DNA of 57,798 bases, taken from NCBI GenBank assembly GCA_003427395.1, contig BFEA01000030.1:2696822-2754619 (forward strand), written 5' to 3'. Positions 32,850-46,724 of this stretch are shown here, in pieces. A program made the translations under genes and the position numbers. The DNA comes from Chara braunii. Lineage: Eukaryota; Plantae; Charophyceae. The notes beneath the pieces were generated by a model. The model made no database searches. It saw only the letters and a program-made list of their open reading frames with translations, and was not told where the DNA came from. Position 1 is the first letter of the stretch; each line of letters opens with the position of its first letter.

Positions 32850-35800
32850 TTGAGGATCATTTTGGATGATTTAGGAGGTGAGAGTGGGTGATTGAGGTCA
32901 TGAAATAAAGCCTCATCAACAGACCTGGCAACTGGGACTGCAAAAAAAAGGCAACCTGGCACAATACAGTATGCACCGGAACCAACTGTTGGGTGGCCTC
33001 ATGGGCCTCACAGTTAAAGGATGGTGAGGGAGCTATCATAAACCAGAGGCGTTGTGGCTGGCAGCAGCAGCGGTGACATAGAACAACGATACGGGGGGCG
33101 TGGGGCTGGTGATCCACAGGGATCATCCTTTCTCGAAAGGAATCTCTCTGGTCGCCATTCTGTACGATTACAAACAAACACAAAATACTGTAACAATTGA
33201 CACCTCCTCACTGCTCCGGTTCTCGCGAGAACAGTTGGGGGAGCTGCAGGTGACAAGGCTCAAATCAAACTTAGCATGGCGGCTGCCGCATATCCATGCC
33301 CTTATGCAAGCAATATTGGAGGAGGACTTCTTACGGGCGGCCAACACATGGGATGACCCTCCCTCTGTGAACAAACAGTGAATTGATCTGCTGAGACAGT
33401 CTCCATAAAATGAATTCATTCCAAATGGAGAAACAACCCCTTCACAGTAGAGACTGCTCCCATGCAAGTGAGCCAATACCCCACCTCACACAAAACCTGC
33501 TTCAGCTAGCCTACCCTCCTTCATCTACTCGCCAGCAACAACCACAGCCGCGCCCTGACCCTCCTCCACCCCATATGCCACCTCCACTAAGAAGACCCCC
33601 ACTGTAGGCCAAGAATTTGGCTCAAGCGGACCTACACATACGCTCACTAGACGTAAATGGATTACTAACACCAAACACACAGAAAATAGAGGCTATTTGG
33701 AATGAGATCAAACACCGAGACACAACGAATTGGCCTGATGCAATTTGTGTGCAAGAGACACACCTCTCACACACCCCAGGTCATGATGCCAGACGAAGAA
33801 TGGTTTGGCCCCATACAACATATTCAGCTCCTGCAACAGAAAGGACATCGTCCGAAGTGGACATTTGGCTTCCCCCGTCCTCCTGACTGAAACCAATAGA
33901 CTATGATTACGGCCGTCAAGACGCCAGGTGGGTGTATCTAAAAGCGGGATTGGGGGAAGAAATAGTGTGTATAGCAAGCGTGTACGACCCCAATGACCCA
34001 AACGAAAGAGTGTTGTTTCTTCAAAACTTGCATCGGGCTTTGCCTATAGACTGCCCCCTTATCATAGCTAGGGACTTCAATATCACCCCTGACCCGATGA
34101 TGGACGACCGATCCACATCCCACCCTGTAAGGGGAAACATGACATTGGACATTATCGCCCATACTCAACTGCTTGAAGAAAGATAGATGACCGATATCTA
34201 CAAGGGCCTCCATCCATCCAAAAACGGTGCATACGTGCCTCCCGTCCAAGGGGGTATCTGAACTCTCTAACTCACGAATCAACTTCTTCCCAGTATCCCA
34301 GTCTCTGGCCCCGCGGGTGACAATGGCAGAAAAACAATCCATTAGCCTATATCGGGCATTTGACCATAAGGGGATAATTCTAGGCCTATCACTCCACCAG
34401 CGTCTCTCACGCGGCCCGAGTTTTTACAAGTTTAACACCTCGCTGCTGAAATTGTGATCGCTGAACAAACTGGTGGAGGAATACTGAGGACATTGAAAGA
34501 TACAAAAATAGGACCATCCCTCCTAGGTGGACTGGTTCAATATCGGCATAGCCAACCCAAGGGAACGAGTAAAAAAGTACTCGGTAGCCCACGCTGGGGA
34601 GAGAAAGGCCACGATAGAATAATTGTTGCATGCGCTGGAACAATGGGACCCGAAAATGTTAAACAGGCCCTTGGATCAACAAACATTTGAACACCTACAA
34701 CAGGTCAGGGACCACCTTCAGGAACACCTAGACCACCAGACAGAGGCATGGCGAATAAGAGCAAGAATCAAGAAGTCGGACACTGAGGGCACCATGTCCT
34801 CAACTTTCTGCAATAAAACAAAAAGTAGAGCAACACAAAATCGTGTGGCATCCTTACACTACCCGCTTGATCCTCGAAAAAAGGATGCCACCAACCCAAA
34901 TGGGATAGTTGGTCTGCGACGCATAGTGCTTGCTACTAGAACCTCTTCACCTCAGAGAACGCCCAATAGGAAGAAGAGGTATCGGTGGGTGCAAGGCACG
35001 CACTGCTGCAAAATCTTACCGCACTGTTATCCCAACAACAAAGATCAACACAGGAAGCCTCGATCACGATCCATGAACTCCTCTCAGTGTTGCAAGATAT
35101 GGAAGATGAGAAAGACCCCCGATTGGACTCCTTCCCTAAAGGATTTTGGATTCACTTGGATGAGGTATTCCATCATAATTTGTTGTTGTACGTTCAAGTC
35201 GTCCAAACTGAGGGCAGATTTCGGGATCTCATCAGTCAAGGGGTAACTACATTATTGTACAAGAAGGGAGACAGAGCCGAGATAAAAAAATATCGACCAA
35301 TTACCTTGCTCCCCCTCTCGTACAAGATGGTAACAAAAACACTATGTAATAGACTCCCATGACTCGCCTTATTCACATGGACCAAACGGGTTTCATGCCA
35401 CATAAAAATATCTAAGAAAACATTATTTTGGTCAATGAAACAATTAAGTATGCTAGGCAATGGAAGAGAGATGTGGCGATTCCATTCATTGACTTCGAGA
35501 AGGCGTATGACCAGGTGGACTGACAATTATTGGACTTATGCCTCAAAAAGATGAACTTTGGGTCGAGTTTCATACAATGGGTCCGCACCTTCCACCGCTT
35601 GGCGACAACTAACATTATGATGAATAATCACATCTCACACCCCTTCCCCTTCCAAAAGTCGGTAAGGCAAGGGGACCCAATAGCGCCATTGCTCTTTGTC
35701 ATAATCACCGAAGCACTAGCTTCCCAAACCAGAGCGAATCCTTAAATAGAAGGAATAAATATTCGAAAAATACCACCACATCTGATCCCGGTCACGTCGT

Positions 35801-37140
35801 TGTTTGCATATGATTTTACAGTCCTCATCAAAGCTTAACCCACCAGTATGAGAGTTATGGCGGACACGATCCATCTCTTCCCCATCGCTGCAGACATGAA
35901 GGTCAACTGGGGCTCCAGAATTGACCGGTCATGGCTCCAAACAACAAACGAGCTCCTACCAGACACCTCGCCAGTTAATTGGAAGCCCAAAGAAGAGGCC
36001 ATAAGAATACTGGGGGTCAGACTCACGACCCTTGGCCCACCGAAAGACCACGCAGATCGTTTGGGCCAAACGATGATCCAAGCTATGGCCAAATGGCAAG
36101 GACTACATACATCGTTGGTGGGAAGGGCCCTGACCATCAATAATGTCATCCTGTTCACCATTTGGTACAAAACGGCGTTCTGACCGCTACCTCCAAAACA
36201 ACTGGTAACCCTTACTAAAGCAATAGCGGGCTACCTGTGAAGAAACGACTATGAACTGCGCACCTGTATAAAAAGGGCGGTGTGAGCACAAATAACACTA
36301 CCAAGAGTCAAAGGAGGACTGAGGATCATTGACCCAAAAGATGAAATAAAAGCACTCATCCTTAAGAAGGGGGCAACGGGAGTCTATCCTCAAGAAGGGG
36401 GTCTTAATTGGTCAAGCTTTGTCCGATTGATGCCCACTGTCCAACAGGCATTACAATGGCAGATCATTTATCGCTACCTACCAACACCGGATTGGTTTGT
36501 GTCAAGATCGCACCTAGAGCAAAAGGGTATATTGTCACCCGTATGCTCTTATAGGGGGAAGTCTTCCTATAGGCATATCGCTGATTTGAAACACTGCCTA
36601 CTAGACTGCCCTATGGCAAAACAAATATGGCATTGGTGGGCGGTTGCATGGAAGTACGTAACAGACAAGGACGTACCATGAGACCTTAAAATTATATTGC
36701 TAGCCCAACCATCGCCCTCTCGGGCTACATGGTCAACCTTCCAACTAAATATGCTCGGATATACAAGGCTGGAAGTGCTGATGGCAGTGTGGAGGGCTCA
36801 CCATTCTCATGAGAGGGATGGACACAACTTTGGTTACCTCCATGCCAAACATCATATTACAGAAACAGTGAGAGCCAACACACAAAAAGTATGGAAACAC
36901 CTGAAAGAAAAGATCATAGGCACCACGAACGGGTCCAAAATAAAAGAATAAACTGCCACTATTCGAACAGATGTGGCTGGACCCGTCATAAAAAATAGGG
37001 TTGTTCGACGGACAAGGAAATCTACATTGGGAATTTTGGTGGAAGGACGAACATAGGTAGCAATGGAGAACACCACCGTCATATGCCTGACAATCACCGG
37101 GTGAGCCATTGGTGGTACTCGCCCGACTTGACCAAGTCAA
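32850..37140 (+). mobile_element. Decayed L1/Tx1-type LINE; ends approximate
   Basis: APE endonuclease, RT and zinc-finger remnants in order, preceded by possible ORF1 remnants at ~32850-33600. Confidence 0.85.
33617..37100 (+). pseudogene. LINE ORF2 (AP endonuclease, reverse transcriptase, C-terminal Cys/His region), many stops and frameshifts
   Basis: SLDVNGL, ICVQETH, SVYDPN, IIARDFN, FDHKGI (endonuclease); YKKGD..YRPITLL, IDFEKAYD, VRQGDPIAPLLF, LFAYDF (RT); HCLLDCPMAKQIW. Confidence 0.9.
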
Positions 37141-37467
37141 TCATGACCCTAGCCAGACAGGGAACCTACCAAAAGAATCAGACACCATGAACCCTCCGCT
37201 CCCAGATATACCTCCTTCGCTCACCCCTTCGCCTCCCTCGTCATCCACCCCCCCCCCCAACCTGTGGAATCCACAATGGCCATGTGCAGATTGAGACTAC
37301 AAGTCCCCCTATGCCCCCCAAAGCTCTCGGAGGGATCCCCACCGTAGACCCCCTCCCCCCCTCCTGATTCACCACAGATCTCACTGGTCCCCTTGACACC
37401 CCCGTCGTTATTAGAAGAAACCCCACCGCAGACTCTCTACGCCCCTCCCCTCGAATCTCAGACACCA

Positions 37468-37601
37468 CCCCCGCACCCCCCTGGCCTTGCCTCTCCCACC
37501 CCTCCGCCACGTCCGCCTTCCCATCCCAGCCGCCCACTTCGCCCGCTCGCAAATTCGTGGGCCTCTCCTCCGCCTCTGCCTCGCCCCCAAAACGGTCCCG
37601 G

Positions 37602-37633
<32 letters not shown>

Positions 37634-37732
37634 ATGAGGAAACATGTCGAAAAGAAGCATGCAATTTCAGCAGGCTCCCCCGCACCCCCCTGGCCTTGCC
37701 TCTCCCACCCCTCCGCCACCTCCGCCTTCCCA
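37468..37732. repeat. ~55-bp C-rich direct repeats flanking a (CT)n(AT)n microsatellite
   Basis: CCCCGCACCCCCCTGGCCTTGCCTCTCCCACCCCTCCGCCAC at ~37468 and ~37677. Confidence 0.8.
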
Positions 37733-38233
37733 GGGGAACCCCTACCTTCCCCCCCCTCACCCCCACCCCCCTCTGCCCCTCTTTGACATCTGACCCTACG
37801 CTGCTGTTGTAGTCAAGTCCTGCCCAAGCGACGCCTATGACAAAACATATACTCAACTGGGATACAAAATGGTAAGCGGAGATGTCGAACATCGGATTCG
37901 AAGACGGGGAACAACCTGGAAATCCAACAGGAACAAGGACCTCATCCACATACGGCATGGGCAGTCCAAGGGACACACAAATGAAAAGCATGTGGAGAGG
38001 GAGAGGGGGAGACTGTGATGTTATAACCTTATGCCCTGGTCTGTCTTCCGGTCGGAGTGATAAGTTGTGCGGAATAGGCCCTGAAAGACAGTAAAACGGG
38101 GTGTGCCAAGGACTTCTAGGAACTTGAGAGTGGGGACACAGACGAAACTCAAGTCCCCCGAGTGGTTTTAATTGCGGGGGAAAGGAATAAACACGCGTAA
38201 TTTTCAAACATCCATTCAATCCAAAAAGTATCA

Positions 38234-38719
38234 CTAAACCTTCGCGTAGGCTACTAGTCGTCTTTTAGAGTGGAAGGGCGAAGGTACACACGTGGGATCT
38301 CGTTCCCGAAACAGATCCCGACAATGCTCGTTACAGAGCTCGGAATCCGATGTGAATAGCCTCAACTGGGCTGCTCGTTCCTTGTGTTCGTCTTCGGCAG
38401 GTGTTCGGTAGTGGAACCCCCTTTTCCAATCACGCTCTGCGTTGCGACAATCGCTACACAGAGTGTTGGGCCAGTGGGTTGCTATCGCCGCCCACGGGAT
38501 GACGATCAACTCGTTAAAAGGCAATAACAATGAGCATGGAGGGAAGTGAGTATCGATAATGATAAAACCAGTGTCTACGAATCCAGAGCACCTTGTCTCA
38601 GGTGGAAAGTAATAGCGCCCACCGCTCTTGACGACGGCTTCTCGTACGTCCCACTCGCAGACACGTGTCTTTTCCTCGTTATACGGGAACAACCGCGATG
38701 GGTTTGCAGGAGTCAGCAC
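38234..38719 (-). pseudogene. Cys/His-rich ORF of unknown function, paralog 1 (pseudogene or exon)
   Basis: 161 open codons without ATG; clear protein-level paralog at 42080-42920. Confidence 0.55.
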
Positions 38720-39178
38720 CCATACGGGTCAGAATAATCAGTTCATATGGCACAAGCAAATTATGAGTACATGAGTCTACCCAATCGACTCTTCAATCAC
38801 AAAAGTAATAATTTGTGATACTATAGACTTCATTGCATTTTATCCATCCGGCGAACCGATCAAAAAGAAGGTGTGAGTTCGATCCCGTCACATCAACAAT
38901 CATCATTCATCAAGGGAACGGCAAACATGCATTCCCATAACCTCAGCAGGATTCTTACTTAGTTAGCCCAGCCAATATAAATGCACATCATATCTCACAT
39001 ACACGATTCTTCAGATGTTTGAGAGGTGCGTCAACACATAAAACCGATAAGAGCTCCTTAGGCTCAGTGGTCTTGTTGAGTTCAATGATACTCGCTTGTG
39101 TGAGACCCGATTGAATTCAACAGGAGCGAGACAGATCAAGGTTTCAAACATTCACGAGATAGATAAGAGAAAGGAACA

Positions 39179-39187
39179 AGAGAGAGG

Positions 39188-39241
<54 letters not shown>
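39179..39241. repeat. (GA)n microsatellite
   Basis: Seen directly. Confidence 0.95.
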
Positions 39242-39242
<1 letters not shown>

Positions 39243-41299
39243 GAAGGCGTAGCTTGACCGAAGACGGGAACAAAGGAGAGAGGGAGAGAACTGTGGTTAT
39301 ACAGACAATCTTCAGGAGGGGGACACCCGACCATTCCCCGTGAACTTAGCTTCTAAGAACAAAAGGAAGAAGAATCTGAAAATCAAGGCGCACCGGTCTT
39401 CTTGTTTATGATCATGACCCTGGCCATGCAACCACTCGTATACACATACTCTTCTCACTTAGGTACTGACGATCCCGGTCGCCACGTACCAACCTCCAAA
39501 CCACAGCGATCGTTAACCCGCCAACTCAGCCTTTGCACCAACTCACCCAAATCCCGCAGTTCATCGTGGCCACTCGACGCACAGTCATGCATACACTGCA
39601 GTCTGTCCGTCAGGACTTTCCAACTCCCTACTTGCACATCACCTAGCAACGACTTCCCTGATGTTGGCGGATAGGTTGAGAGAGAGTTTTTCGGATGCGC
39701 TTGCGGATTTTATAGTTGCAAAGAGGGGAATAAAAGATGGAGGAGAGTGAGGTGGAGATAGGAAGGGGTGAGGAGGGATTTTGGTTTAATCGCCTAGGGA
39801 AAGCCATATCGATCCCCACAAGTTTCTTCGCAGCCAATCGGATCACGGTATGCGGGGAGTATCCTCCTTACACGACGTCGCTTGACGACTTCGAATACTT
39901 TGAGGGGGATCGGTACAGAGTTTCGGTACGGGGATGAAGGTGGGAAGAAAGGAGAGCGTGAAAAGTAGTGCGGAGCAGGACCAAGATTCATATGAGAAGG
40001 AGTAAGGGCGAAACGCGAGAGAAGAGGGGAGGGAAAACAGTTACGGGTGAAGAAGAGAAGGCGTGAAGAGGAGGAGCCTTAGGGTGAAAATGACATCTAT
40101 CTATCTTCCTATAAAAACATCACGGATCTTTCAAGGGTGTGTGCGGGAACATGCATTTGCAAGAAAGGACAGGTCAACGGGAAGAGCGCCCGTAAATTCC
40201 GGAGTTTCCAACTGTGGAGCAAACATTACGGCGCTCTTGCTAAGACCGAGTAATTCCTACGTAGATGTATGGATTGCCGAAAGAAAATTGCAAAGAAGTC
40301 CAAAAGAAACATCGTTTCATACATGAGCGGGCCTGGTTGGCTTGCGATTCCCTGGACTGGGGATATAGCAAAAAAAAGGGGTACCCGAAAAGAGCCCAAG
40401 AGAAATCCGAAGAGTCAGTAGCCCAAGAGTAATCCGAAGAGTCAGAACAACAAAAGCAACTCGGGGCTTCGGAAGATCGTTTGGGTATGGAAGTTGGTAC
40501 GTCACAGGACTCCGCAAGAGCGCACAAATACAAAAAGAAGGGAGACAATATAGCAAATATGGCCCTGTGCACGGACATGATCACAGGGTTGGCAGCACCT
40601 TACACGGTTCGGCTCAGCAAACCTCCTGGACACGGACACGATCACAGAGCCACTACCACTACACACAGGTTCAACTCATTAGGCCTCAATTGCGCCTGCA
40701 CCAGATAGAGTAAAAGGAGAGACAATGCGACTAATATGATCCTGAATATGGCCACAAGGGCGGGAGCACACTACAAAAAATTCCACCAGTCATACCTTGA
40801 CCGCCCCAAGAGTCTGCCACAATTGCAGCCACTATGGAATAGTGAGACAAAGTGTACCATCCAGTAAGTGAAGGGTGGGGATAGGGGAGAACGAGGCAGA
40901 CTCACCTGCTGGAAGTGGAAGTAGGCAGGCAATTCGGTCTGCTGGAGATCTTTGCCTGCCAAATTTTACCTTTAGTTTATTTATGAAGGATGAGGGTTTG
41001 GGGAATGGGAGGTTTGCTTGCCTACATGGACTGAGGGTCAATTATAGGTGGTAGCTGCGAGATGGGGTCAATGGCTGGGTGAATGGGGAAAAGCAGATCA
41101 CACCTCAGAATCTGAGTCCAACTCTGTTAGCAGCAGCAGAGGACTCATGTATACTAGCACTTACCTTAGGCTGCCATGTAGGTGATCCATTGAGGCTGCT
41201 ATGTAGCTTTGTGTCTCAAATTTCCTTCTTTATAAGTGGTTCATGCAGCTGGTTACCATTACAGTTGCACGTTTATTAAATCAAACAATCACAATGTTC

Positions 41300-41444
41300 A
41301 GGGACGCTGGACCCGCTTTCCAGCAGGTGATGCTCCCCACCAATAGATGGAGCATCCCCGAGAGTGCTAGCGGTGCCTGCTCCTATTAGCATCCCTAGCA
41401 TCAGCTTGGCTTGGATTGCTTAAAAAAAAAAAAAAAAAAAAAAA
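41300..41444 (+). repeat. Short stem-loop repeat followed by A23
   Basis: Homologous over ~100 bp to the rejoined 13671-13726 + 32091-32140; poly(A) at 41422-41444. Confidence 0.6.
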
Positions 41445-42079
41445 GGACGTGGTAGCTGGGTAGAGTTGTGGCGTCGCAATGGAGAGGTTGTAAGTTCAAT
41501 TTTGTCGGCCGTCAGCCTCCCTTGTGCACAATCAGTTAGTGTTAGATTGGTACCCCACATCCCTCAGTCTAGTGCAACTCATAAATATTATCCTTGTAGC
41601 TTGGGTTTGCACTACAAGCTGTATGGATACTGTAAAAGGGGTTGACAGTATGAATCTGATTGGGCCAGGTAGAGCATATTGCACCGAGATAGTTGGAGGC
41701 AGGCAGGGATATTGTAGAGAGATTGACCACGTTAGTTGGTTACCTTAGGGCTTTGCTTTGTGGGGGGCAAGGCCACATGTGGGATGAATTGGGGGGTCCC
41801 GTTAGCGGAGAGATTAGGTAGGAGAGTCCCAAGATAGGGCCTCCCCGAGGGAAGACCAGAATACGGTCCAACCGATGACCAAATAAGAGGAACGGATGGT
41901 GGCGTAGTACACACCAATGACTAAACCGGTGCTGCTCTAGTTAAGGAATCTAGGGGGAATCTGCAGTCGGGGTTGTCTCCGGGATAGATAGTCTGGAATG
42001 GACTCCTTCCCACTTTGATAAAAATCAACCAAAGTAGGCCTACTTAATGACGGAGGTAAGGAAGGACGAATGGTGGCCT

Positions 42080-42920
42080 AGTACCTACCAATGACAAAAT
42101 TTAGGGGCTTCTCTCGGTGATGACAACCTATAACATAACGATTGGAGGGGTCTAGTTGATGATCGAGGGGAAGGGATGGATGGTGTGTGATGCTCAACCT
42201 CACGCCCTGTTGTGTTTCCCTTGCTGGAGTGACTAAAGCGTAAAAAGGGGTCCGAAAAGCGACGAAATGGGATGTTCCAATGATTTTTGGAAAATTGAGT
42301 CTGAAGACAAACATGATTGAAATCTCTCGTGCACTCCCATATATGGAGAGACGGACAATAGGCTGAGAGGATAAGGAGGCGGACCCTTCCTCAACGACTA
42401 CCTAATCGAAAAAGTATCTTTGAACTACGATGCGGGCAACGCGGTGTCTTGTTTTGGGTCGAAAGGGATGAGGAGCGCACGTCGGATCTCAGTTTTGCAC
42501 AAGGGACCGACGTCACTCGTCACAAAGTTCCGAATCCGAATAAGAGGACCGCAGTCTTAATGCCTTTTGCTTGTAGTCCTCCTCGCCACGTGTTCGATAG
42601 TTGAACCCTCTAGCTTGAAGGTGCTCCATGCGGCGACAATCGTTGCACATAGTATAAGGTGAATGGGGTGCAACTGTCAGCCACAGGATGACGATAAACT
42701 CGTTGAAGGCCCGGGGAGTAAAACAAAATAAGGGGGGAAGTAAGTATCAGCAATCACAAAATGAGTGTTTAGAAATCCTGGACATCGTGCTTCGGAAGGG
42801 AAGTTATAAAGGCCGCCTATCTTGGTGACAACTTCTCATACGTCCCATTCACAGACACACGTCTTGTCCTCGTTGTACGGGCAGGGCCGTGGCTGGGGAG
42901 GTTTGAGAAGTTGACGCCCC
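42080..42920 (-). pseudogene. Cys/His-rich ORF, paralog 2, with stops and a frameshift
   Basis: PYNEDKTCVCEWDV*EVVTKIGGLYNFPSEARC versus PYNEEKTRVCEWDVREAVVKSGGRYYFPPETRC; MCNDCR versus LCSDCR; SDSELCDE versus SDSELCNE. Confidence 0.65.
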
Positions 42921-45900
42921 GATGGCTCAGTTGGTTCATTTCACATGACTGATACACATGCATTCACCATTCACAAGACAAAATAATCAAATCTTATTAG
43001 TTCTGGGGGTTATTTCTGTGTCAGAAATTAGTTAACAAGAAATATTTTTGCTTTCGATATTCCATAGGGGTGGGGGATTACCGAGGACACTAATGAACGA
43101 GTTTTGGAAGAAGTTCTTTCGACCTCATTCGTGTCGATTTCTCGAAGGGAGAAAGGCGGGGGTCGAAGATATGCTTCTGGTGACATCAACAAAAATTTAC
43201 AGAGAAGTACACTACGTCTGATATTCTTAGTGACAAGAAGAGCAAAGATCTTGACGAGTGGAACAATCGTCGAAAATGCTTATTCAGGAGATGATAAAAA
43301 TTAAAAAAGTGAGGAATGTCGGGAGAATTCCGTGCTTTTGATCGATCGAGACACGACAAAGTTCATAGTTATATCCTTCAATATGATATTGAGGAACGAG
43401 CCGGGTGGATCAATCGAAAGCGCATAGAATATCTCCGACAAGATCGTCAATAAAGAAAAATAAATTGAAGTTGCATATATCCATCATTAGCACATTACTT
43501 CCAAAAGAAAGGGATAAACACGCATCATAACCACTGAACTAGCGTTGGTCCTTGTGCTTCAACGATCGTCGTCCGACGAAATTTTTGACAACACGAGGAC
43601 AAACACTTGCAACTATTCACACATTACCACACACGCATAATCATACATTTACTCATCCATATATAAAAAAAAGGGAAAGAGGAGAAAAATAGAAAAAGAG
43701 ATAAATAATATACACTCGCTCAAAATCGGAGAAACATTTGGCATATCGCCATACACTTAGCTCCCAAATATAACCGGCAGAGGAACCGAGAAAACAAGAC
43801 GCAAGACCTTTTGCTCTCAAACTATAGTCCCGGACCATCCATCCAATCAACCAGTCTTCCCCTACTCGGACACCGACGATCCCGACCATCGCATGCCCAA
43901 TACTTAGACTTAACGGCAGTCACCCCGTGCAATCAACTACTGCACATATTCACATGGATCTTGCAGGCTGTCACAGTGATCCAACACGCAATCCCATAAA
44001 GCTACAACTGACTTGTCAGAACTTTTCGAAATGTTAATGACCACCTCATCTAGCCACTACTCCTCCAGAGTTGGCCGATGCATTGCAAGAGAAAGAGACA
44101 CACACACACTTGCAAGATTCATAGTTGCGGAGAAGAGGGGAAATGGAGAGAGAATGGTGATAATATGAAGAGGAGGAGAGGAGGGGAGACACACTTTGAA
44201 GGCCATGGCGATCGGCGTGAAGTATTTTGTAATCAATCAGGTTGCAGCATAAGGTTTTCAGAGCCTTTTTACACATTCTCGTCTAATTTCTACAGATACT
44301 TGGGGGATTAGTAGGGCCTTCCTACGTGTAGACGATTGTGAGAAGGGAGGTCACGAAAGATAGAGCATAGGAAGACCAAGATTCAACGCAAGTGAGGAGA
44401 AAAAAAAGCGTGAAGAGAAGGGAAGGAAGACAATTACAACTTAGTGTTAATGGTGCGAAGAACAATATTGAGAAGTGAGGAAAAATTGCTAGAGGAAACG
44501 CGACGAAGAAAGATGCACGCACGTAAAATCTAAAACGCACCAAAACAGTATCACGAATACCTGTGAAGTCACGCCTAATCTCTAAAACGGAATTGAAATT
44601 TAAAAGTTCGAAAGAAAATTTCGTGCACGTAATATAAAACAAGTGAATTCTTAGGCCTATTCTAATTCATTAACAAAAATTACACAGGGTTTGCAGGGGT
44701 ACCTTTACATTTGCTCAAGGAAAGGATTTGTTTCCAAGTATCCTAACAAGCATTTAGAAACCTAAGGGAAAAAAAAATTCAAGCGTGCTCGTTAAGACGC
44801 ACGCGAAACCTACGTAAAGGTACAAAAATAAATTTTGAAAGTTGTAGAAGCAAAGGTTATGATTAACCGACGTATCCAGCTTATCGGGGACAAGAAAGGT
44901 CAAAAACACAACCGAGATATGCTGAGCTCGTCACGTTGTTCACCAAGAATGCAATCTGGACCTGGTAAAGGATTTGGAACTGGATTGGATCAACCCCGGT
45001 TACTGGGCGGGTAGAAAAAAAAGGAAGGGGCTCAAAAACTCGCTCATGCACAGAAGTTCGTGCGTCACAGGTGGCCGTAGATCCGCGCCAATGGAAGAGG
45101 CTAGAGCACCTCTAGATGACATACAACTAAGAACAATCAGTTAGAAGAACACCAGTACAACCACAACAACGTGAGCATAGAGAGGTCGAGCGGGGACATC
45201 TATAGGTAGAGTGGCAGATGGTGGTCGTACATCTACTGATAATAGGCTAAGACCTCTAGGTTGTGATTACAAACAACAACAATACATATCATGAATCATA
45301 CAACAAAAATACAATAAGAACAATCAATAATAGTTGTTTGCTGAGCAGACCCAGGTTACTCAAAGGAAATCATGTATTAGACTTTATTTAAGGTACATCT
45401 CGACATATACACTAGCAACCTGTGAATCTGGGATGGATCACTGCGATATTAGTTGCCCGAGGGATACCTAACCTTGATAGTTGGGACCATGGGGTTATCA
45501 ATGATGAATAGGTGAGTCGGGAGCGGTAAATGGGACACCGATGATGATGGAATCAACACGAGGTTTTGTAGTAGGGGTTGTGGGTGGTATAAAGAACCTC
45601 GCACTTGGGGTTACATGTAGCAAGGGTTCTCAAGGGTTGAGTTTGGTACGTAGGTTGGGACCTATACATGGAATGTTGATAACGAGAGAATCAATGAGGG
45701 GCTCTGTAGTAAGGATTGAGGGTGGGTATAGGACCTTGCACTTAGGGCTATGGACAACCATCTGGCTAAATCGGGCTTGTGTTTTAGGGATAACTACGCG
45801 GCGGTTACAAAAACAATTTGAAACTATATTTGGCACAATGTTTCTACAATCAAGTCAGGCAGGAAGTTGAAAATGCACTTGAAACTCGGCTTGGCAGAAG

Positions 45901-46098
45901 AGTCGTTTGGTATAGTTTCTAAACTGAAGTGTAGTTTTCCAAATAGCCCGTGGTCCATGGTCTGCCCGTCGGTCCTGGTCCGGGGTTCGAAAAGGCAGGA
46001 AGGCAGGAAGGTGACGGGCGGTCCAGGTTCGAATAGGTAAACCCGTAGTCGTTCGAATTTCACCGTCTCCCTCTTCCTCCCCTTTTCCGTCTCCCCTT

Positions 46099-46101
<3 letters not shown>

Positions 46102-46186
<85 letters not shown>

Positions 46187-46652
46187 NNNNNNNNNNNNNN
46201 NNNNNNNNNNNNNNNNNNNNNNNNNNNNNNNNNNNNNNNNNNNNNNNNNNNNNNNNNNNNNNNNNNNNNNNNNNNNNNNNNNNNNNNNNNNNNNNNNNNN
46301 NNNNNNNNNNNNNNNNNNNNNNNNNNNNNNNNNNNNNNNNNNNNNNNNNNNNNNNNNNNNNNNNNNNNNNNNNNNNNNNNNNNNNNNNNNNNNNNNNNNN
46401 NNNNNNNNNNNNNNNNNNNNNNNNNNNNNNNNNNNNNNNNNNNNNNNNNNNNNNNNNNNNNNNNNNNNNNNNNNNNNNNNNNNNNNNNNNNNNNNNNNNN
46501 NNNNNNNNNNNNNNNNNNNNNNNNNNNNNNNNNNNNNNNNNNNNNNNNNNNNNNNNNNNNNNNNNNNNNNNNNNNNNNNNNNNNNNNNNNNNNNNNNNNN
46601 NNNNNNNNNNNNNNNNNNNNNNNNNNNNNNNNNNNNNNNNNNNNNNNNNNNN

Positions 46653-46722
<70 letters not shown>
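46102..46722. repeat. (CT)n then (CA)n microsatellite spanning an N gap (46187-46652)
   Basis: Seen directly. Confidence 0.95.
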
Positions 46723-46724
<2 letters not shown>

